From: Dehalococcoidia bacterium
GTDB taxonomy: Bacteria; Chloroflexota; Dehalococcoidia; UBA2979
Length of the DNA stretch: 64,000 nucleotides
Assembly (NCBI GenBank): GCA_963667465.2
Contig: CAXXDN010000002.1
Span: forward strand, 1,536,001 to 1,600,000
Reading direction: 5' to 3'
This document shows, one piece after another, positions 19,594-30,079 of this stretch (positions within the stretch are counted from its first letter, which is position 1; every line of letters starts with the position of its first letter). Both the position numbers and the translations under genes were made by a program. A model generated the notes under the pieces. That model did no database searches. It worked only from the letters and a program-made list of their open reading frames with translations, and was not told the DNA's origin.

Positions 19594-20682
19594 TCACGCC
19601 TTGCCGAGATGCTGGAGCAGAGCGTCCTCCCAGCGGAAATCGAACTCGCGGGTCTCGTGCAGGCCCTCGCGGCGGTACCACTCGTAGGTGTGCTCCACGG
19701 CGCGTGGGAACGTGTACTCCGGCTCGAAGCCGACGTCGCGGCGCAGCCTGTCGATGCTGAAGACGGCGCCCTGGTTCCAGCGATGGATGTACGGCGCGAG
19801 GCGCTGGATCAGCTGCTGCAGGAAGCGCAGGTTCTGGTGCGCGTCGGGGGTGCTCGAGCTCGCCGTGCGGATACTGCGATAGCTCGCCACGTCCGTCACG
19901 TCGAGGATCAGCTCGTCGTCGTAGAGCTGGTCCATGACGGCGGGCGGGATGAAGACCTTGCGCGCCTCGACGCCGGTGACCTCGGCGAAGGTGTCGACGT
20001 AGCCCTCGTCCGTCCAGGAGTCGCGGCCGGTGAGGTTGTAGCGCTTGCCGTAGGTGATCGGGCGCTGCATCAGCATGCGCAGTGCGCGTGCCTCGTCGTC
20101 GACGTGGCCGATCTGGCTGACGGTCGATCCGTCGCCGGGGATCAGCACCGGTCGCCCGGCGAGCAGGCGGCTGAACATGCGCTGCTCGCGCTCCGGGATG
20201 ATGTTGTTCGGCCCGAACACCATCGAGAACGGCACGATCGTCGCGGGGAAGCCGTTGCGGCGGTGCTCGTCCAGCAGCATCGCCTCGCACTCCAGCTTGT
20301 CGAGGCCGTACTGGCCCTGCTTCGAGGAGCGGTCGACAGGGAAGTCCTCGGTGATCGGGAGCACGCTGCTGGTCGCGTAGATCACGGTCGAGCTGGCGAA
20401 CACGTAGTGGCCGGTGCGGCCCCGGAAGATCTCGATCATCCCGCGCACGTCGTCCGGCGTGTAGGCGGAGATGTCGTAGATGCAGTCGAAGTCCTCGTTG
20501 GCGAAGACCTCGGCCATGCCGGCGTGGTCCGTGCGGTCGCCGAGCAGCCTGCGCACGCCGAGGGGGATCTCCGCCTCGGTGCGGCCGCGGTTGAAGATCG
20601 TCACCTCGTGGCCGTGCCGGGCCAGCTCGCGGACGAGCGCGAGCCCATTGAAGCGCGTGCCGCCCATGACCAGAACCCTCAT
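19594..20682 (-). CDS. NAD-dependent epimerase/dehydratase family protein
   Basis: MRVLVMGGTRFNG, YGLDKLECE (YxxxK). Confidence 0.9.
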   Translation of the reverse strand: MRVLVMGGTRFNGLALVRELARHGHEVTIFNRGRTEAEIPLGVRRLLGDRTDHAGMAEVFANEDFDCIYDISAYTPDDVRGMIEIFRGRTGHYVFASSTVIYATSSVLPITEDFPVDRSSKQGQYGLDKLECEAMLLDEHRRNGFPATIVPFSMVFGPNNIIPEREQRMFSRLLAGRPVLIPGDGSTVSQIGHVDDEARALRMLMQRPITYGKRYNLTGRDSWTDEGYVDTFAEVTGVEARKVFIPPAVMDQLYDDELILDVTDVASYRSIRTASSSTPDAHQNLRFLQQLIQRLAPYIHRWNQGAVFSIDRLRRDVGFEPEYTFPRAVEHTYEWYRREGLHETREFDFRWEDALLQHLGKA

Positions 20683-20791
20683 TGCCCGCCCCTTCCGGCG
20701 CCCCGTTCGCGCAGCGGGCCGCACGCTACCACGGACGGCGGGCGGAGGCGCAGCGGGTGTACGCTCGCGCCGAGGCGAGGGGAGGCCCCCG

Positions 20792-21832
20792 GTGAGTTCG
20801 CGCGCCGTGAACCTCACGATCCTCGCCCTGCTGCTAGTCGAACTCGCGTCCGGGCTCGGCAGCTTCCTCGTCGGCAGGCCCGAGGGAGCCTGGGTGTTCT
20901 GGCTGCACGGCATCGGCGGGCTCTCGCTGGTCGTGCTGCTGATCTGGAAGTGGCGCATCGTGATGCGCTCGTTCGCGCGGCGCGGCGCGGGGCCGTGGTC
21001 GGTCGCGCCGGGCGCGCTGGGCGTGCTCTTCGTCGGCACGCTCGCGACGGGCAGCTGGTGGGCCGTGGCCGGACGGGGCAGCCTGCCCGCGCCGTTCTAC
21101 GGCGACATGCGCCCGCTGGTGCTGCACGCGATTCTCGCCTCCCTGCTCGTGCCGCCGTTCGCCCTCCACGCCGCGCTGCGCTGGCCGCGCGTGCGACACA
21201 CCGACTTCACCAGCCGCCGCGCCGTGCTGCGCCTGCTCGCCGTCGGCGCGGGAGGTTTCGTGTTCTGGCGCGGCCTCGCCCTCGCCTCGACGGTCTCGGC
21301 CGGCCCCGACCGGCGCTTCACCGGCTCGCGCGAGGAGGCAAGCTTCGAGGGCAACGCATACCCGGTCACCAACTGGCTCAGCGACTCGCGGCAGCGCATC
21401 GCCGCCGACGCCTGGCGGCTCGAGCTGCGCGGCGCGGTCTCCGCACCGTACGTGCTCGGCTATCGTGAGCTGGGCGAGCTGCCGCAGCAGTCGCTGCGCG
21501 CCACGCTGGACTGCACCGGCGGCTGGTACACCCGGCAGGACTGGAGCGGCGTCCCGCTTTCCTCGCTGCTCGCGCGCGCCGGTGTCTCCGGGGAGGCGCA
21601 GAGCGTCCGGGCGATCTCCGCCACCGGCTACAGCCGGCGCTTCGGCCTCGGCGAGGCGGAGAGGCTGCTGCTGGCGACGCACGTGGGCGGCGATCGGCTG
21701 AGCACGGGGCATGGCTTCCCCGTGCGGCTGGTCGCCCCGGGACGGCGCGGCTATCACTGGGTGAAGTGGGTCGAGCGCATCGAGGTGAGCGAGCGCCCCG
21801 CCTGGTGGCAGCCGCCGCTGCCGCTGCAGTAG
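20792..21832 (+). CDS. Membrane-anchored molybdopterin oxidoreductase (sulfite oxidase/MsrP-like)
   Basis: N-terminal TM helices; LDCTGGW, GHGFPVRLVAPGRRGYHWVKW. Confidence 0.88.
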   Translation: MSSRAVNLTILALLLVELASGLGSFLVGRPEGAWVFWLHGIGGLSLVVLLIWKWRIVMRSFARRGAGPWSVAPGALGVLFVGTLATGSWWAVAGRGSLPAPFYGDMRPLVLHAILASLLVPPFALHAALRWPRVRHTDFTSRRAVLRLLAVGAGGFVFWRGLALASTVSAGPDRRFTGSREEASFEGNAYPVTNWLSDSRQRIAADAWRLELRGAVSAPYVLGYRELGELPQQSLRATLDCTGGWYTRQDWSGVPLSSLLARAGVSGEAQSVRAISATGYSRRFGLGEAERLLLATHVGGDRLSTGHGFPVRLVAPGRRGYHWVKWVERIEVSERPAWWQPPLPLQ

Positions 21833-21848
21833 CGAGGGGAGGGCCCGC

Positions 21849-22406
21849 ATGCACGCAGCACGCAGCCGCACTGCCCTCAGCCTGGCCGCCCTCAGCCGGA
21901 CCGCCCTCAGCCGGACCGCCCTCAGCCGGACCGCCCTCAGCCGGACCGCCCTCACCCGCGCTGCCCTCAGCCGGACCGCCCTCAGCCTGGCTGCCCTCAG
22001 CCGGACCGCCCTCAGCCGAACCGCACTGGCCCTCGCATGTCTCGCGCTGCTGTTCGGCGCGTGCGGGGACGGCGGGGAGCAGGCGGCGCGGGACGGCAAC
22101 GGCGGATCGGGGGCGAGCAGCTCCGAGCTCGCGGAGCTGGAGCTGGCACTCGCCACGCTCAATGCCCGCCTCACGCGCCTCGAGGACGCCGTTGAGGAGC
22201 TGACGCTCCTCCTCGGGGGCGACACTACGCTGCTCGGCGACCTGCCAGAGCTGCTGGAGGAGCTGCGACTGAGCAGCGCCCTCTTCAAGGTCGCCTTCCG
22301 GCGGCTCGACGCCCTCGAATCCACCGAGTCGGACGAGGATCCCTGCGAGGCCATCGGGTACGCCTTCTGCCCCGAGGATCCCCAGCGCCTCCCCTACGCG
22401 CAGTAG
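21849..22406 (+). CDS. Hypothetical lipoprotein with repeat-expanded signal peptide
   Basis: (TALSR)n then LACLALLFGAC lipobox, coiled-coil-like body. Confidence 0.65.
   Translation: MHAARSRTALSLAALSRTALSRTALSRTALSRTALTRAALSRTALSLAALSRTALSRTALALACLALLFGACGDGGEQAARDGNGGSGASSSELAELELALATLNARLTRLEDAVEELTLLLGGDTTLLGDLPELLEELRLSSALFKVAFRRLDALESTESDEDPCEAIGYAFCPEDPQRLPYAQ
21870..22034 (+). repeat. 15-bp tandem repeat, about 10-11 units (consensus ACCGCCCTCAGCCGG)
   Basis: Read directly from sequence. Confidence 0.95.
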
Positions 22407-22456
22407 CCAAACCGGCCTCGCAGGTCCGTAGCGCAGGCCGCGGCTAGACTCGCCGG

Positions 22457-23389
22457 ATGGCAAGCGATGCGGCGATCACGGTGCACGGCCTGCGCAAGGA
22501 CTACGGCGCGATCGAGGCCGTGCGCGGGGTCGATCTCGAGATCGCACGCGGTGAGGTCTACGCGCTGCTCGGTCCGAACGGCGCCGGCAAGACGACGACC
22601 GTCGAGATCCTCGAGGGCCACCGCGACCGAGACGGCGGCGAGGTCAGCGTGCTGGGCCACGACCCGGCGCGGCACGAGCAGACGCTGCGCGAGCGCATCG
22701 GCATCGTGCTGCAGACCACGGGCGTCGAGCCGTACCTCAAGGTGGCCGAGGCGATCGAGCAGTACCGCGGCTACTACCCGCAGCCCCGCCCGCTCGACGA
22801 GATCATCGAGATCGTCGGGCTCGGCGAGCAGCGCGACCAGCGCGTACGCAGGCTCTCCGGCGGCCAGCAGCGCCGCCTCGATGTCGCGATCGCCCTCGCC
22901 GGCGACCCGGAGCTGCTGTTCCTGGACGAGCCAACGACGGGCTTCGACCCGGCCGCGCGCCGCCAAGCCTGGGACATGGTGCGCAACCTGCGCTCCTCCG
23001 GCGCAACGGTGCTGCTGACCACGCACTACATGGATGAGGCCGAGCACCTGGCCGACCGCGTCGGCGTGATCGTCAACGGCGCGATCGTCGCCGAGGGCTC
23101 GCCCGCCGAGTTGATGGGGCAGGGCGCCGCCGCCGCCATTTCCTTCCACCTGCCCGAGGGCCACGCCGCCATCCTCGACGGCATCGAGGGCGCGCGCGAC
23201 GACGGCCACGGCGGATACGAACTGCGCGGCGACTCACCCACCGAGCTGCTGCACGAGCTGACCGGGCGGGCGCTCGCCGCCGGCATCGAGCTCGCCGATC
23301 TGCGCGTGGAGCGCGCGACGCTGGAGGACGTGTACCTCGGTCTGACCTCGGGCGTTGGCCCGGACGACGAGACCGGAGCGCCGGTGTGA
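22457..23389 (+). CDS. ABC-2 type exporter ATP-binding protein
   Basis: GPNGAGKTT, LSGGQQRR, FLDEPTTG. Confidence 0.95.
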   Translation: MASDAAITVHGLRKDYGAIEAVRGVDLEIARGEVYALLGPNGAGKTTTVEILEGHRDRDGGEVSVLGHDPARHEQTLRERIGIVLQTTGVEPYLKVAEAIEQYRGYYPQPRPLDEIIEIVGLGEQRDQRVRRLSGGQQRRLDVAIALAGDPELLFLDEPTTGFDPAARRQAWDMVRNLRSSGATVLLTTHYMDEAEHLADRVGVIVNGAIVAEGSPAELMGQGAAAAISFHLPEGHAAILDGIEGARDDGHGGYELRGDSPTELLHELTGRALAAGIELADLRVERATLEDVYLGLTSGVGPDDETGAPV

Positions 23390-24162
23390 CCGGCGCGCGG
23401 CTCCTGATCCGCCAGCTCCGCTACGAGCGGCTGGCCTTCACGCGCAACCCGGCGGCCGCCTTCTTCACATTCTTTTTCCCGCTGATCTTCCTCGTGATCT
23501 TCAACCTGATCTTCGGCAACGAGCCGATCGACCTCGAAGGCGGCACCACGAACACCTCGACCTTCTACATCCCGGCGATCGCCGCGTTCAGCGTGATCAA
23601 CGCCTGCTACACGGGACTCGCAATGTCGATCTCGTTCGCGCGCGACCAGGGGCAGCTCAAGCGAATCGCCGGCACGCCGCTGCCGAAGGCCGCGTACCTC
23701 GGGGCGAAGGTGCTGTTCATGACAGTGATCGCGATGCTGCTCGTGATCGTCGTGACCGCGTTCGGCCTCGTCTTCTACAGCGTCGACGCGCCGACCAGCA
23801 CGCTGCCGGCGTTCCTGCTCTCGCTCGTCATCGGCGCGGCCGCCTTCGCCGCGCTCGGGCTCGCGACGACGGCGTTCATCCCCAACAGCGAGGCCGCCCC
23901 GGCCGTCGTCAATGCGATCATCCTGCCGCTGCTGTTCGTCTCGGACGTGTTCATCCCGCTGCGGGACAACGCCCCGGCCTGGCTCGGCCTGGCCGGCGAT
24001 GTGTTCCCCGTGAAGCATCTCTCGATCGCGCTCCAGACGGCGTTCAACCCGTTCGAGGAGGGGTCCGGTCTGGAGCTCGGGAACCTCGCGGTGATCGCCG
24101 CCTGGGGCATCGCGGGGGCGATTGTGGCCGTGCGGCGCTTCCGCTGGGAGCCCTCACGCTAG
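23386..24162 (+). CDS. ABC-2 type permease
   Basis: RNPAAAFFTFFFP, six TM segments, RRFRWEP end; overlaps ATPase stop. Confidence 0.92.
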   Translation: MTGARLLIRQLRYERLAFTRNPAAAFFTFFFPLIFLVIFNLIFGNEPIDLEGGTTNTSTFYIPAIAAFSVINACYTGLAMSISFARDQGQLKRIAGTPLPKAAYLGAKVLFMTVIAMLLVIVVTAFGLVFYSVDAPTSTLPAFLLSLVIGAAAFAALGLATTAFIPNSEAAPAVVNAIILPLLFVSDVFIPLRDNAPAWLGLAGDVFPVKHLSIALQTAFNPFEEGSGLELGNLAVIAAWGIAGAIVAVRRFRWEPSR

Positions 24163-24233
24163 CCACACCCGGCGCCGGACGCCGCTACACTGCGCCGCGA
24201 GGCCGCTCTGCCTCGCGTGTCAGGGGGTGACCG

Positions 24234-24644
24234 ATGGCGACACCGGACGAACTGCGGGAACAGATCGCGGAGGGGCGCGCCGCCTTCCGGGCCGCCCTCG
24301 AGGGCGCCGCCGACGCCTGGGAGGGCCAGCCCGAGGGCGACGAGTGGACGCGGCGCGAGACCGCCGAGCACACGATCAGCGTCGACTACGCCTTCGCCAA
24401 CTGGGGCGTCAGCCTCAGCTCCGGCGAGCAGGCGAGCATCGAGCGCGCTGAGCTGTCGCTCGCCAGCGCCGCCGAGGCCCTCGAGGCGTTCGCCGCCTCC
24501 AGCGCGCACTCGGACGCCGCCTGGGCGGACGTGACGGCCGAGCAGCTCGAGCAGGAGCTGCGGCCGGGCATGAACGGCGAGCGCGGGATGAGCCTCGTGG
24601 GACTGCACCTTCAGGAGCACGCCCAGCAGATCGCCGCAAGCTGA
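24234..24644 (+). CDS. DinB family protein
   Basis: EWTRRETAEH ... HLQEHAQQI. Confidence 0.75.
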   Translation: MATPDELREQIAEGRAAFRAALEGAADAWEGQPEGDEWTRRETAEHTISVDYAFANWGVSLSSGEQASIERAELSLASAAEALEAFAASSAHSDAAWADVTAEQLEQELRPGMNGERGMSLVGLHLQEHAQQIAAS

Positions 24645-24763
24645 GCGAGTAGCCGGGGCCGATGGCGCTCGTTCGCCGCTCTCCCGCTACCATGGCGGCG
24701 GCGACGCGGCGAGGGAGCCCGCGCGCCCGACTGGTACGTACGGATTGGTAGAGGAGCAGGCGC

Positions 24764-25975
24764 ATGCGCGAGGCCGTGATCTGTAACCCGCTGCGAACCC
24801 CCGTGGGGCGCTACGGCGGCGTCTTCCGGGACATCGACGTGACGACGCTGGCGGCGACCGTCATCGAGGCGCTGCTTGAGCGCACCGAGCTCGACCCCGC
24901 GGCGATCGACGACGTGGTGTTCGGGCAGTGCTACCCGAGCGGTGAGGCGCCCGCGGTGGGCCGCGTCGCGGCGCTGCACGCCGGGCTGCCCGTCGAGACG
25001 CCGGGCCTGCAACTCGATCGCCGCTGCGGCTCCGGCCTGCAGGCGATCTGCTACGCCGCGATGCAGGTCCAGACCGGCGTCTCGGACGTCGTCCTCGCGG
25101 GCGGCGCGGAGAGCATGAGCACCGTCGAGTTCTACTCGAGCGCGCCGCGCTGGGGCCCGAACAACGGCGCGATCGAACTGCACGACCGCCTCGCGCGGGC
25201 GCGCGTGACCGCGGGCAGCTACCGCCACCCGGTGCCCGGCGGCATGATCGAGACCGCCGAGAACGTGCGCCGCGAGTACGGCATCCCGCGCGAGGAGCAG
25301 GACGCCCTCGCGCTGCGCTCGCACCAGCGCGCCGTCGCCGCGCAGGACGAGGGCCGCTTCGACGCGGAGATCGTGCCCGTGGCCGTCCCGCAGCGCCGCG
25401 GCGACCCGGTGATCGTCGGCACGGACGAGCACCCGCGGCGCGACACCTCGCTGGAATCGCTCGCGCGGCTGCGCGCCGTCTACTCCGCGGACGACCCCGA
25501 GTCGACCGTGACAGCGGGCAACGCGAGCGGCCAGAACGACGCCGCCGCGGTCTGCATCGTGACCACGCCCGAGCGGGCCGCCGACCTCGGCCTCACGGCG
25601 ATGGGCAAGCTGCGCGGCTGGTCGGTCGCCGGCGTGCCGCCGAAGCTGATGGGCATGGGCCCTGTCCCGGCCGCTAAGAAGGCCTTCGATCAGGTCGGCA
25701 TGGACTTCGGCGACATGGACCTCATCGAGCTCAACGAGGCGTTCGCAGCCCAGGTGCTCGGCGTCACGCGCGAGTGGGGCCTGAGCGACTCCGACTGGGA
25801 CCGCGTCAACGTGAACGGCTCCGGGATCTCCATCGGCCACCCCGTCGGCGCGACCGGCGTGCGGATCATGGCGACGCTGCTCCACGAGATGGAGCGCAAC
25901 GACGCCGAGATCGGCCTCGAGACGATGTGCATCGGCGGCGGCCAGGGCATGGCCGCCGTGATCGAGCGCTGCTAG
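24764..25975 (+). CDS. Acetyl-CoA acyltransferase (thiolase)
   Basis: RRCGSGLQA, ELNEAFA, GHPVGATG, CIGGGQG. Confidence 0.95.
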   Translation: MREAVICNPLRTPVGRYGGVFRDIDVTTLAATVIEALLERTELDPAAIDDVVFGQCYPSGEAPAVGRVAALHAGLPVETPGLQLDRRCGSGLQAICYAAMQVQTGVSDVVLAGGAESMSTVEFYSSAPRWGPNNGAIELHDRLARARVTAGSYRHPVPGGMIETAENVRREYGIPREEQDALALRSHQRAVAAQDEGRFDAEIVPVAVPQRRGDPVIVGTDEHPRRDTSLESLARLRAVYSADDPESTVTAGNASGQNDAAAVCIVTTPERAADLGLTAMGKLRGWSVAGVPPKLMGMGPVPAAKKAFDQVGMDFGDMDLIELNEAFAAQVLGVTREWGLSDSDWDRVNVNGSGISIGHPVGATGVRIMATLLHEMERNDAEIGLETMCIGGGQGMAAVIERC

Positions 25976-25979
25976 CACG

Positions 25980-27218
25980 ATGGCCGTCGAACAGGTCGCA
26001 ATCTTCGGCGCCGGCACGATGGGCGCAGGCATCGCCCAGGTGGCGGTGACGCACGGCTGCACCGTGCGGCTGATCGACACGCAGCCCGGCGCCGTCGAGC
26101 GCGCCCGCGAGTCCGTGGGCGCGCGCCTCCAGCGCCAGGTCGACCGCGGCGCGATGTCCGCGGAGGAGCACGCCGCCGTCCTCGCACGCCTTGTCGAGGG
26201 CTCCATCGACGACCTCGAGGGCGTCGAACTCATCGTCGAGGCGGTGGTCGAGGAGCTCGACGCCAAGCAGGCGCTGTTCGCGCAGCTCGACGCGGCCGCC
26301 CCCGCCGACGCGGTGCTGGCGACCAATACCTCGTCGCTCGCCGTCGGCGCGATCGCGAGCCCGCTGCGCAACCCCTCGCGCGTGGTCGGGATGCACTTCT
26401 TCAACCCCGCGCCGGTGATGGCGCTCGTGGAGGTCGTGGCCGCCGAGGCGACGAGCGACGCCGCCGCCGGCCTGGTGGCGGAGACGGCGAGCGCCTGGGG
26501 CAAGGTGGCCGCCCGCACTGCGGACGCGCCCGGCTTCATCGTCAACCGCGTCGCCCGCAGCTCCTACGTCGAGGCCTTCCGGATGCTCGACGAGGGCGTC
26601 GGCGGGCCGGACGTGATCGACGGCGCGATGCGCAAGCTGGGGCAGTTCCGCATGGGCCCGATGCAGGTCGCCGACCTCGTCGGACTCGAGGTCAACTACG
26701 CGGTCACGGTCTCCGTCTTCGAGCGCTCCGGCCAGCCCGCCCGCTTCGAGCCGCCGGCCGCGCAGGCCCGCCTCGTCGAGGACGGCCAGCTCGGCCGCAA
26801 GACCGGCAGCGGCGTCTACGACTACGGCAGCGACCCGCCCGGCGAGAACGCCGGCGGCGAGGGCTCGCCGCTGGATCTCTCACCGGAGCTCACGGCCGCC
26901 GTCGACGCCTTCGTCGAGGCGGCCGCGCTGTGCGACCCCGAGGCGCTCGCGCAGGCGAGCGCGGCGGAGCGCTACGCCTTCGCGCGGATCCTCGGCTCGG
27001 TGCTGAACGAGGCCGCGCGCGCCCTCGGCGACGGCGCGGCCAGCGCCGAGGACATCGACGCGGCAATGCAGCACGCGACGAACTACCCGCGCGGCCCGGT
27101 GACGTGGGGGCAAGACGTCGGCTACGCAACGCTGGCGCGGCTGCTCTCCGCCCTCGACGCCGCCCGCGACGACGACAGCTACGCGCCCGCGCCGCTGATC
27201 GCGGAGGCGGGCGAGTAG
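25980..27218 (+). CDS. 3-hydroxyacyl-CoA dehydrogenase (PaaH-like)
   Basis: GAGTMGAGIA, TNTSSL, GMHFFNP, PGFIVNR. Confidence 0.93.
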   Translation: MAVEQVAIFGAGTMGAGIAQVAVTHGCTVRLIDTQPGAVERARESVGARLQRQVDRGAMSAEEHAAVLARLVEGSIDDLEGVELIVEAVVEELDAKQALFAQLDAAAPADAVLATNTSSLAVGAIASPLRNPSRVVGMHFFNPAPVMALVEVVAAEATSDAAAGLVAETASAWGKVAARTADAPGFIVNRVARSSYVEAFRMLDEGVGGPDVIDGAMRKLGQFRMGPMQVADLVGLEVNYAVTVSVFERSGQPARFEPPAAQARLVEDGQLGRKTGSGVYDYGSDPPGENAGGEGSPLDLSPELTAAVDAFVEAAALCDPEALAQASAAERYAFARILGSVLNEAARALGDGAASAEDIDAAMQHATNYPRGPVTWGQDVGYATLARLLSALDAARDDDSYAPAPLIAEAGE

Positions 27219-27273
27219 GGGACGCGCGTGACGGCTCGACCCAGCCCGCAGGGCCGCCGGGAAGGGAACGGCG

Positions 27274-27483
27274 ATGGACCGCCAGCAGTGGAGCACCCGG
27301 CGGCTTCTGGGTGGGGGAGTGCGCTTCCTGGTCTATAACGCCGTCGCCATCCTTGGCGGCATCGCCGTGCTCCGGCTCACGCCTGGTCCCGCGGCAGTCG
27401 CGATTGCGGCCGGGGTTGCCTGCGTAGTCACGGTCTGGATCGCTGCACACCTCATAGACAAGCGCTGGCCGCCTCGCGGCTGA
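27274..27483 (+). CDS. Small hypothetical membrane protein
   Basis: 69 aa, two hydrophobic segments, purine-rich upstream. Confidence 0.5.
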   Translation: MDRQQWSTRRLLGGGVRFLVYNAVAILGGIAVLRLTPGPAAVAIAAGVACVVTVWIAAHLIDKRWPPRG

Positions 27484-27561
27484 TGCGCCACGTGCCGCGC
27501 AGCACCATGGTGACGTTCGGTTGCACCATCCGCACGATCACGCCGGCAGATCGGTCACCGC

Positions 27562-28134
27562 GTGGCTGACGGCCGCACCCGCTGCGAGTGGGCGGCGGGC
27601 GGTGACGCGCTGATGCGCGACTACCACGACCGCGAGTGGGGCGTGGCCGTCCACGACGATCGCACCCACTTCGAGTTCCTGATCCTCGAGGGGGCACAGG
27701 CCGGGCTAAGCTGGCGCACCGTGCTCGCACGCCGCGAGGGCTACCGCGCCGCCTTCGCCGGCTTCGACCCGGCCGCCGTCGCCCGCTTCGGCGACGAGGA
27801 TCGCGAGCGCCTGCTCGGGGACGCCGGGATCATCCGCAACCGCGCGAAGATCGCTTCCGCAGTGCGCAATGCCGCCGCCTTCCTCGAGGTGCAGGCCGAG
27901 CACGGCTCGTTCGACACCTATGTCTGGGCATTCGCCGGCGGGGCGCCCCGGCGTAACGCCTTCGCGGCGCTCGCTGAGCTTCCGGCCGAGACGGAGCAGT
28001 CGAGGGCGCTGAGCCGCGATCTGCGGGCGCGCGGGTTCAACTTCGTCGGCCCGACGATCTGCTACGCCTACCTGCAGGCGACTGGCCTCGTGAACGACCA
28101 CGTGACCGGCTGCTTCCGCTACTCCGAGGTCTGA
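27562..28134 (+). CDS. tag: DNA-3-methyladenine glycosylase I
   Basis: YHDREWG, LEGAQAGLSW, IIRNRAKI, FVGPTICY, NDHVTGC. Confidence 0.95.
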   Translation: MADGRTRCEWAAGGDALMRDYHDREWGVAVHDDRTHFEFLILEGAQAGLSWRTVLARREGYRAAFAGFDPAAVARFGDEDRERLLGDAGIIRNRAKIASAVRNAAAFLEVQAEHGSFDTYVWAFAGGAPRRNAFAALAELPAETEQSRALSRDLRARGFNFVGPTICYAYLQATGLVNDHVTGCFRYSEV

Positions 28135-28174
28135 GCGCGCGCGACCCCCCTCGCGACGGTCAGTCTCGCGACGG

Positions 28175-29551
28175 TCAGTCGATTGCGCTCACGAACAGCG
28201 CGGCGAGGCTGAGGAAGCCGGCGAAGCCGAGCACGTCCGTCGCCGTCGTGAGCCAGATCCCCGCCGAAAGGGCGGGGTCGGAACGGAAGCGCTGCAGTCC
28301 CATCGGGATCAACACCCCGGCGACGACGCCGACGAGCATGTTCGCGGCGAGGGCAAGGCCGACGATCAGGCCGAGCGCGGCGCTCCCCTGCCAGAGCCAC
28401 GCCACGAGGCCGACCGCCACGCCGATCACGAGGCCATTGAGCAGCCCCGTCGCCGCCTCGTGCAGCACCACCTGCCAGACGTTGCGCCCCTGGAGGCGTC
28501 CGACGGCGAGCGAACGGATCACAACGGTCAGCGTCTGGATGCCGGCGTTGCCGCCCTGCCCCGCGACCACCGGCAGGAACGCCGCAAGCACCGCGACGCG
28601 GGCGATCGTGCTCTCGAACAGCGCGACGACGAACCCCGCGAGCAGCACCGTCAGCAGGTTCACCAGCAGCCACGGCAGCCGGAACCGGACCGAGCGCGCT
28701 ATCGATCGCAGGTCCTCGTCCTCGTGGACGCCAACCTGCCGGAACATGTCCTCGGTGGCCTCGTCCTCGAGCACGTCGATCAGGTCGTCGGCGGTGATCG
28801 CGCCGAGCAGGCGCCCGTCGTCATCGACGACAGGCAGGGAGAGCAGCTTGTACTGCTTGAGCACGCGCGCCGCCTCCTCCTGGTCGGTGGCGGCGGTCAC
28901 GGATACCACGTCACGCGCGGCGAGTTCGGCGATCGGCGTTTCGGGAGGAGCGATCAGCAGGGAGCGCAGGTTGACGACGCCCGCGAGGCGGCCGTCCGCG
29001 TCGGTGACGTAGATATAGAAGGGCTGCGTCGCGTCGGGGCGGAGCGCGCGCAGCTCGTCGATCGCCTCGCCGGCGAGCAGCTCGGGCGGCATCGCGATGC
29101 GCTGCCCGGTCATGCGGCCGCCGGCGCTCTCCTCCTCGTGCGCCATGAGGTGGTCGATCGCGTGCTGCTGCCGCTCGGAGAGCGCAGCCAGCACTTGCTG
29201 GCCCATCTCCTCCGGGAGGTCCTGGACGATGTCCGTTGCCACATCGTCGGCGACGCCGTCCAGCACCTGCGCGATGCGTTCCGGTGCGAGGCCGACGAGC
29301 AGGTCCTCGCGGTAGTGCGGCTCCAGGTAGGCAATCGCGGCGCCCAGCTCGCGCGGCGCCAGGCGCTGCACCAGCAGCGCGCTGACCTCGAGATCGATGC
29401 CGGCGAAAGCATCCGCCAGCTGCGCGGGGTGCAGCTCGCGGGCGAGCGTGAGCGCGGCGAGCTGGTCCCCGGCCTCGATGTGCCGCGCCATCGCCCCGGC
29501 AGCGTCGAACGCAGGGGAACCCCCGGCGCGGCCGGCGGTCTCGGTGGTCAT
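28175..29551 (-). CDS. mgtE: Magnesium transporter MgtE
   Basis: CBS pair; RLPWL, GGNAGIQT, DPAL...TTATD. Confidence 0.95.
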   Translation of the reverse strand: MTTETAGRAGGSPAFDAAGAMARHIEAGDQLAALTLARELHPAQLADAFAGIDLEVSALLVQRLAPRELGAAIAYLEPHYREDLLVGLAPERIAQVLDGVADDVATDIVQDLPEEMGQQVLAALSERQQHAIDHLMAHEEESAGGRMTGQRIAMPPELLAGEAIDELRALRPDATQPFYIYVTDADGRLAGVVNLRSLLIAPPETPIAELAARDVVSVTAATDQEEAARVLKQYKLLSLPVVDDDGRLLGAITADDLIDVLEDEATEDMFRQVGVHEDEDLRSIARSVRFRLPWLLVNLLTVLLAGFVVALFESTIARVAVLAAFLPVVAGQGGNAGIQTLTVVIRSLAVGRLQGRNVWQVVLHEAATGLLNGLVIGVAVGLVAWLWQGSAALGLIVGLALAANMLVGVVAGVLIPMGLQRFRSDPALSAGIWLTTATDVLGFAGFLSLAALFVSAID

Positions 29552-29608
29552 GCGAGCGCCCTCATGCGGCGATTGTATGCAGCGGGCTGCGCCGGGCCGG
29601 GCGCGTCG

Positions 29609-30079
29609 TCAGCGGCGTCCGCCGAAGAAGCGGCGCACGGAGCCCCAGGCCCCGCCTCCGCCCCGCCCCCCGAGGCCGTCGAGGAAGTCGCCCCACGCTG
29701 CCTCGGCGGAGAGGGAGCGCTCCAGGCCACGCACACGCTCGTCGATGATGTCGCGTACGCGGCCTTCCTCGCCGGCGTCGAGCCAGAAGCCATGCTCTTC
29801 GCGGCACGTGTCGAGTTCCAGGTCGTAGGCGCGGTAGTTGAAGGCGGCCATCCGCTCGCCGCAGACGGGACAGTCCAGGTCCGAGTCGCGTTCCGAGTAG
29901 CGGATCGTGCCGCGGCGCTCGTCCTCGTCCGCCCTTGTCGCCTCGAGTTCGTCGAGCTCGTGATGGTCCAGCCAGCGCCCGTTGCAGGCGCCACAGTGGT
30001 CGACCTCGATGCCGTGCATGTGCTCGACGATCAGGTCGGACCCGTCACGCGGGCATTGCAGGGCGGGGTTCGGCGACAT
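29609..30079 (-). CDS. Double zf-TFIIB zinc-ribbon protein
   Basis: CPRD...VDHCGACNGRWLDHHEL; CPVC...LDTCREEHGFWLDAGE. Confidence 0.8.
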   Translation of the reverse strand: MSPNPALQCPRDGSDLIVEHMHGIEVDHCGACNGRWLDHHELDELEATRADEDERRGTIRYSERDSDLDCPVCGERMAAFNYRAYDLELDTCREEHGFWLDAGEEGRVRDIIDERVRGLERSLSAEAAWGDFLDGLGGRGGGGAWGSVRRFFGGRR

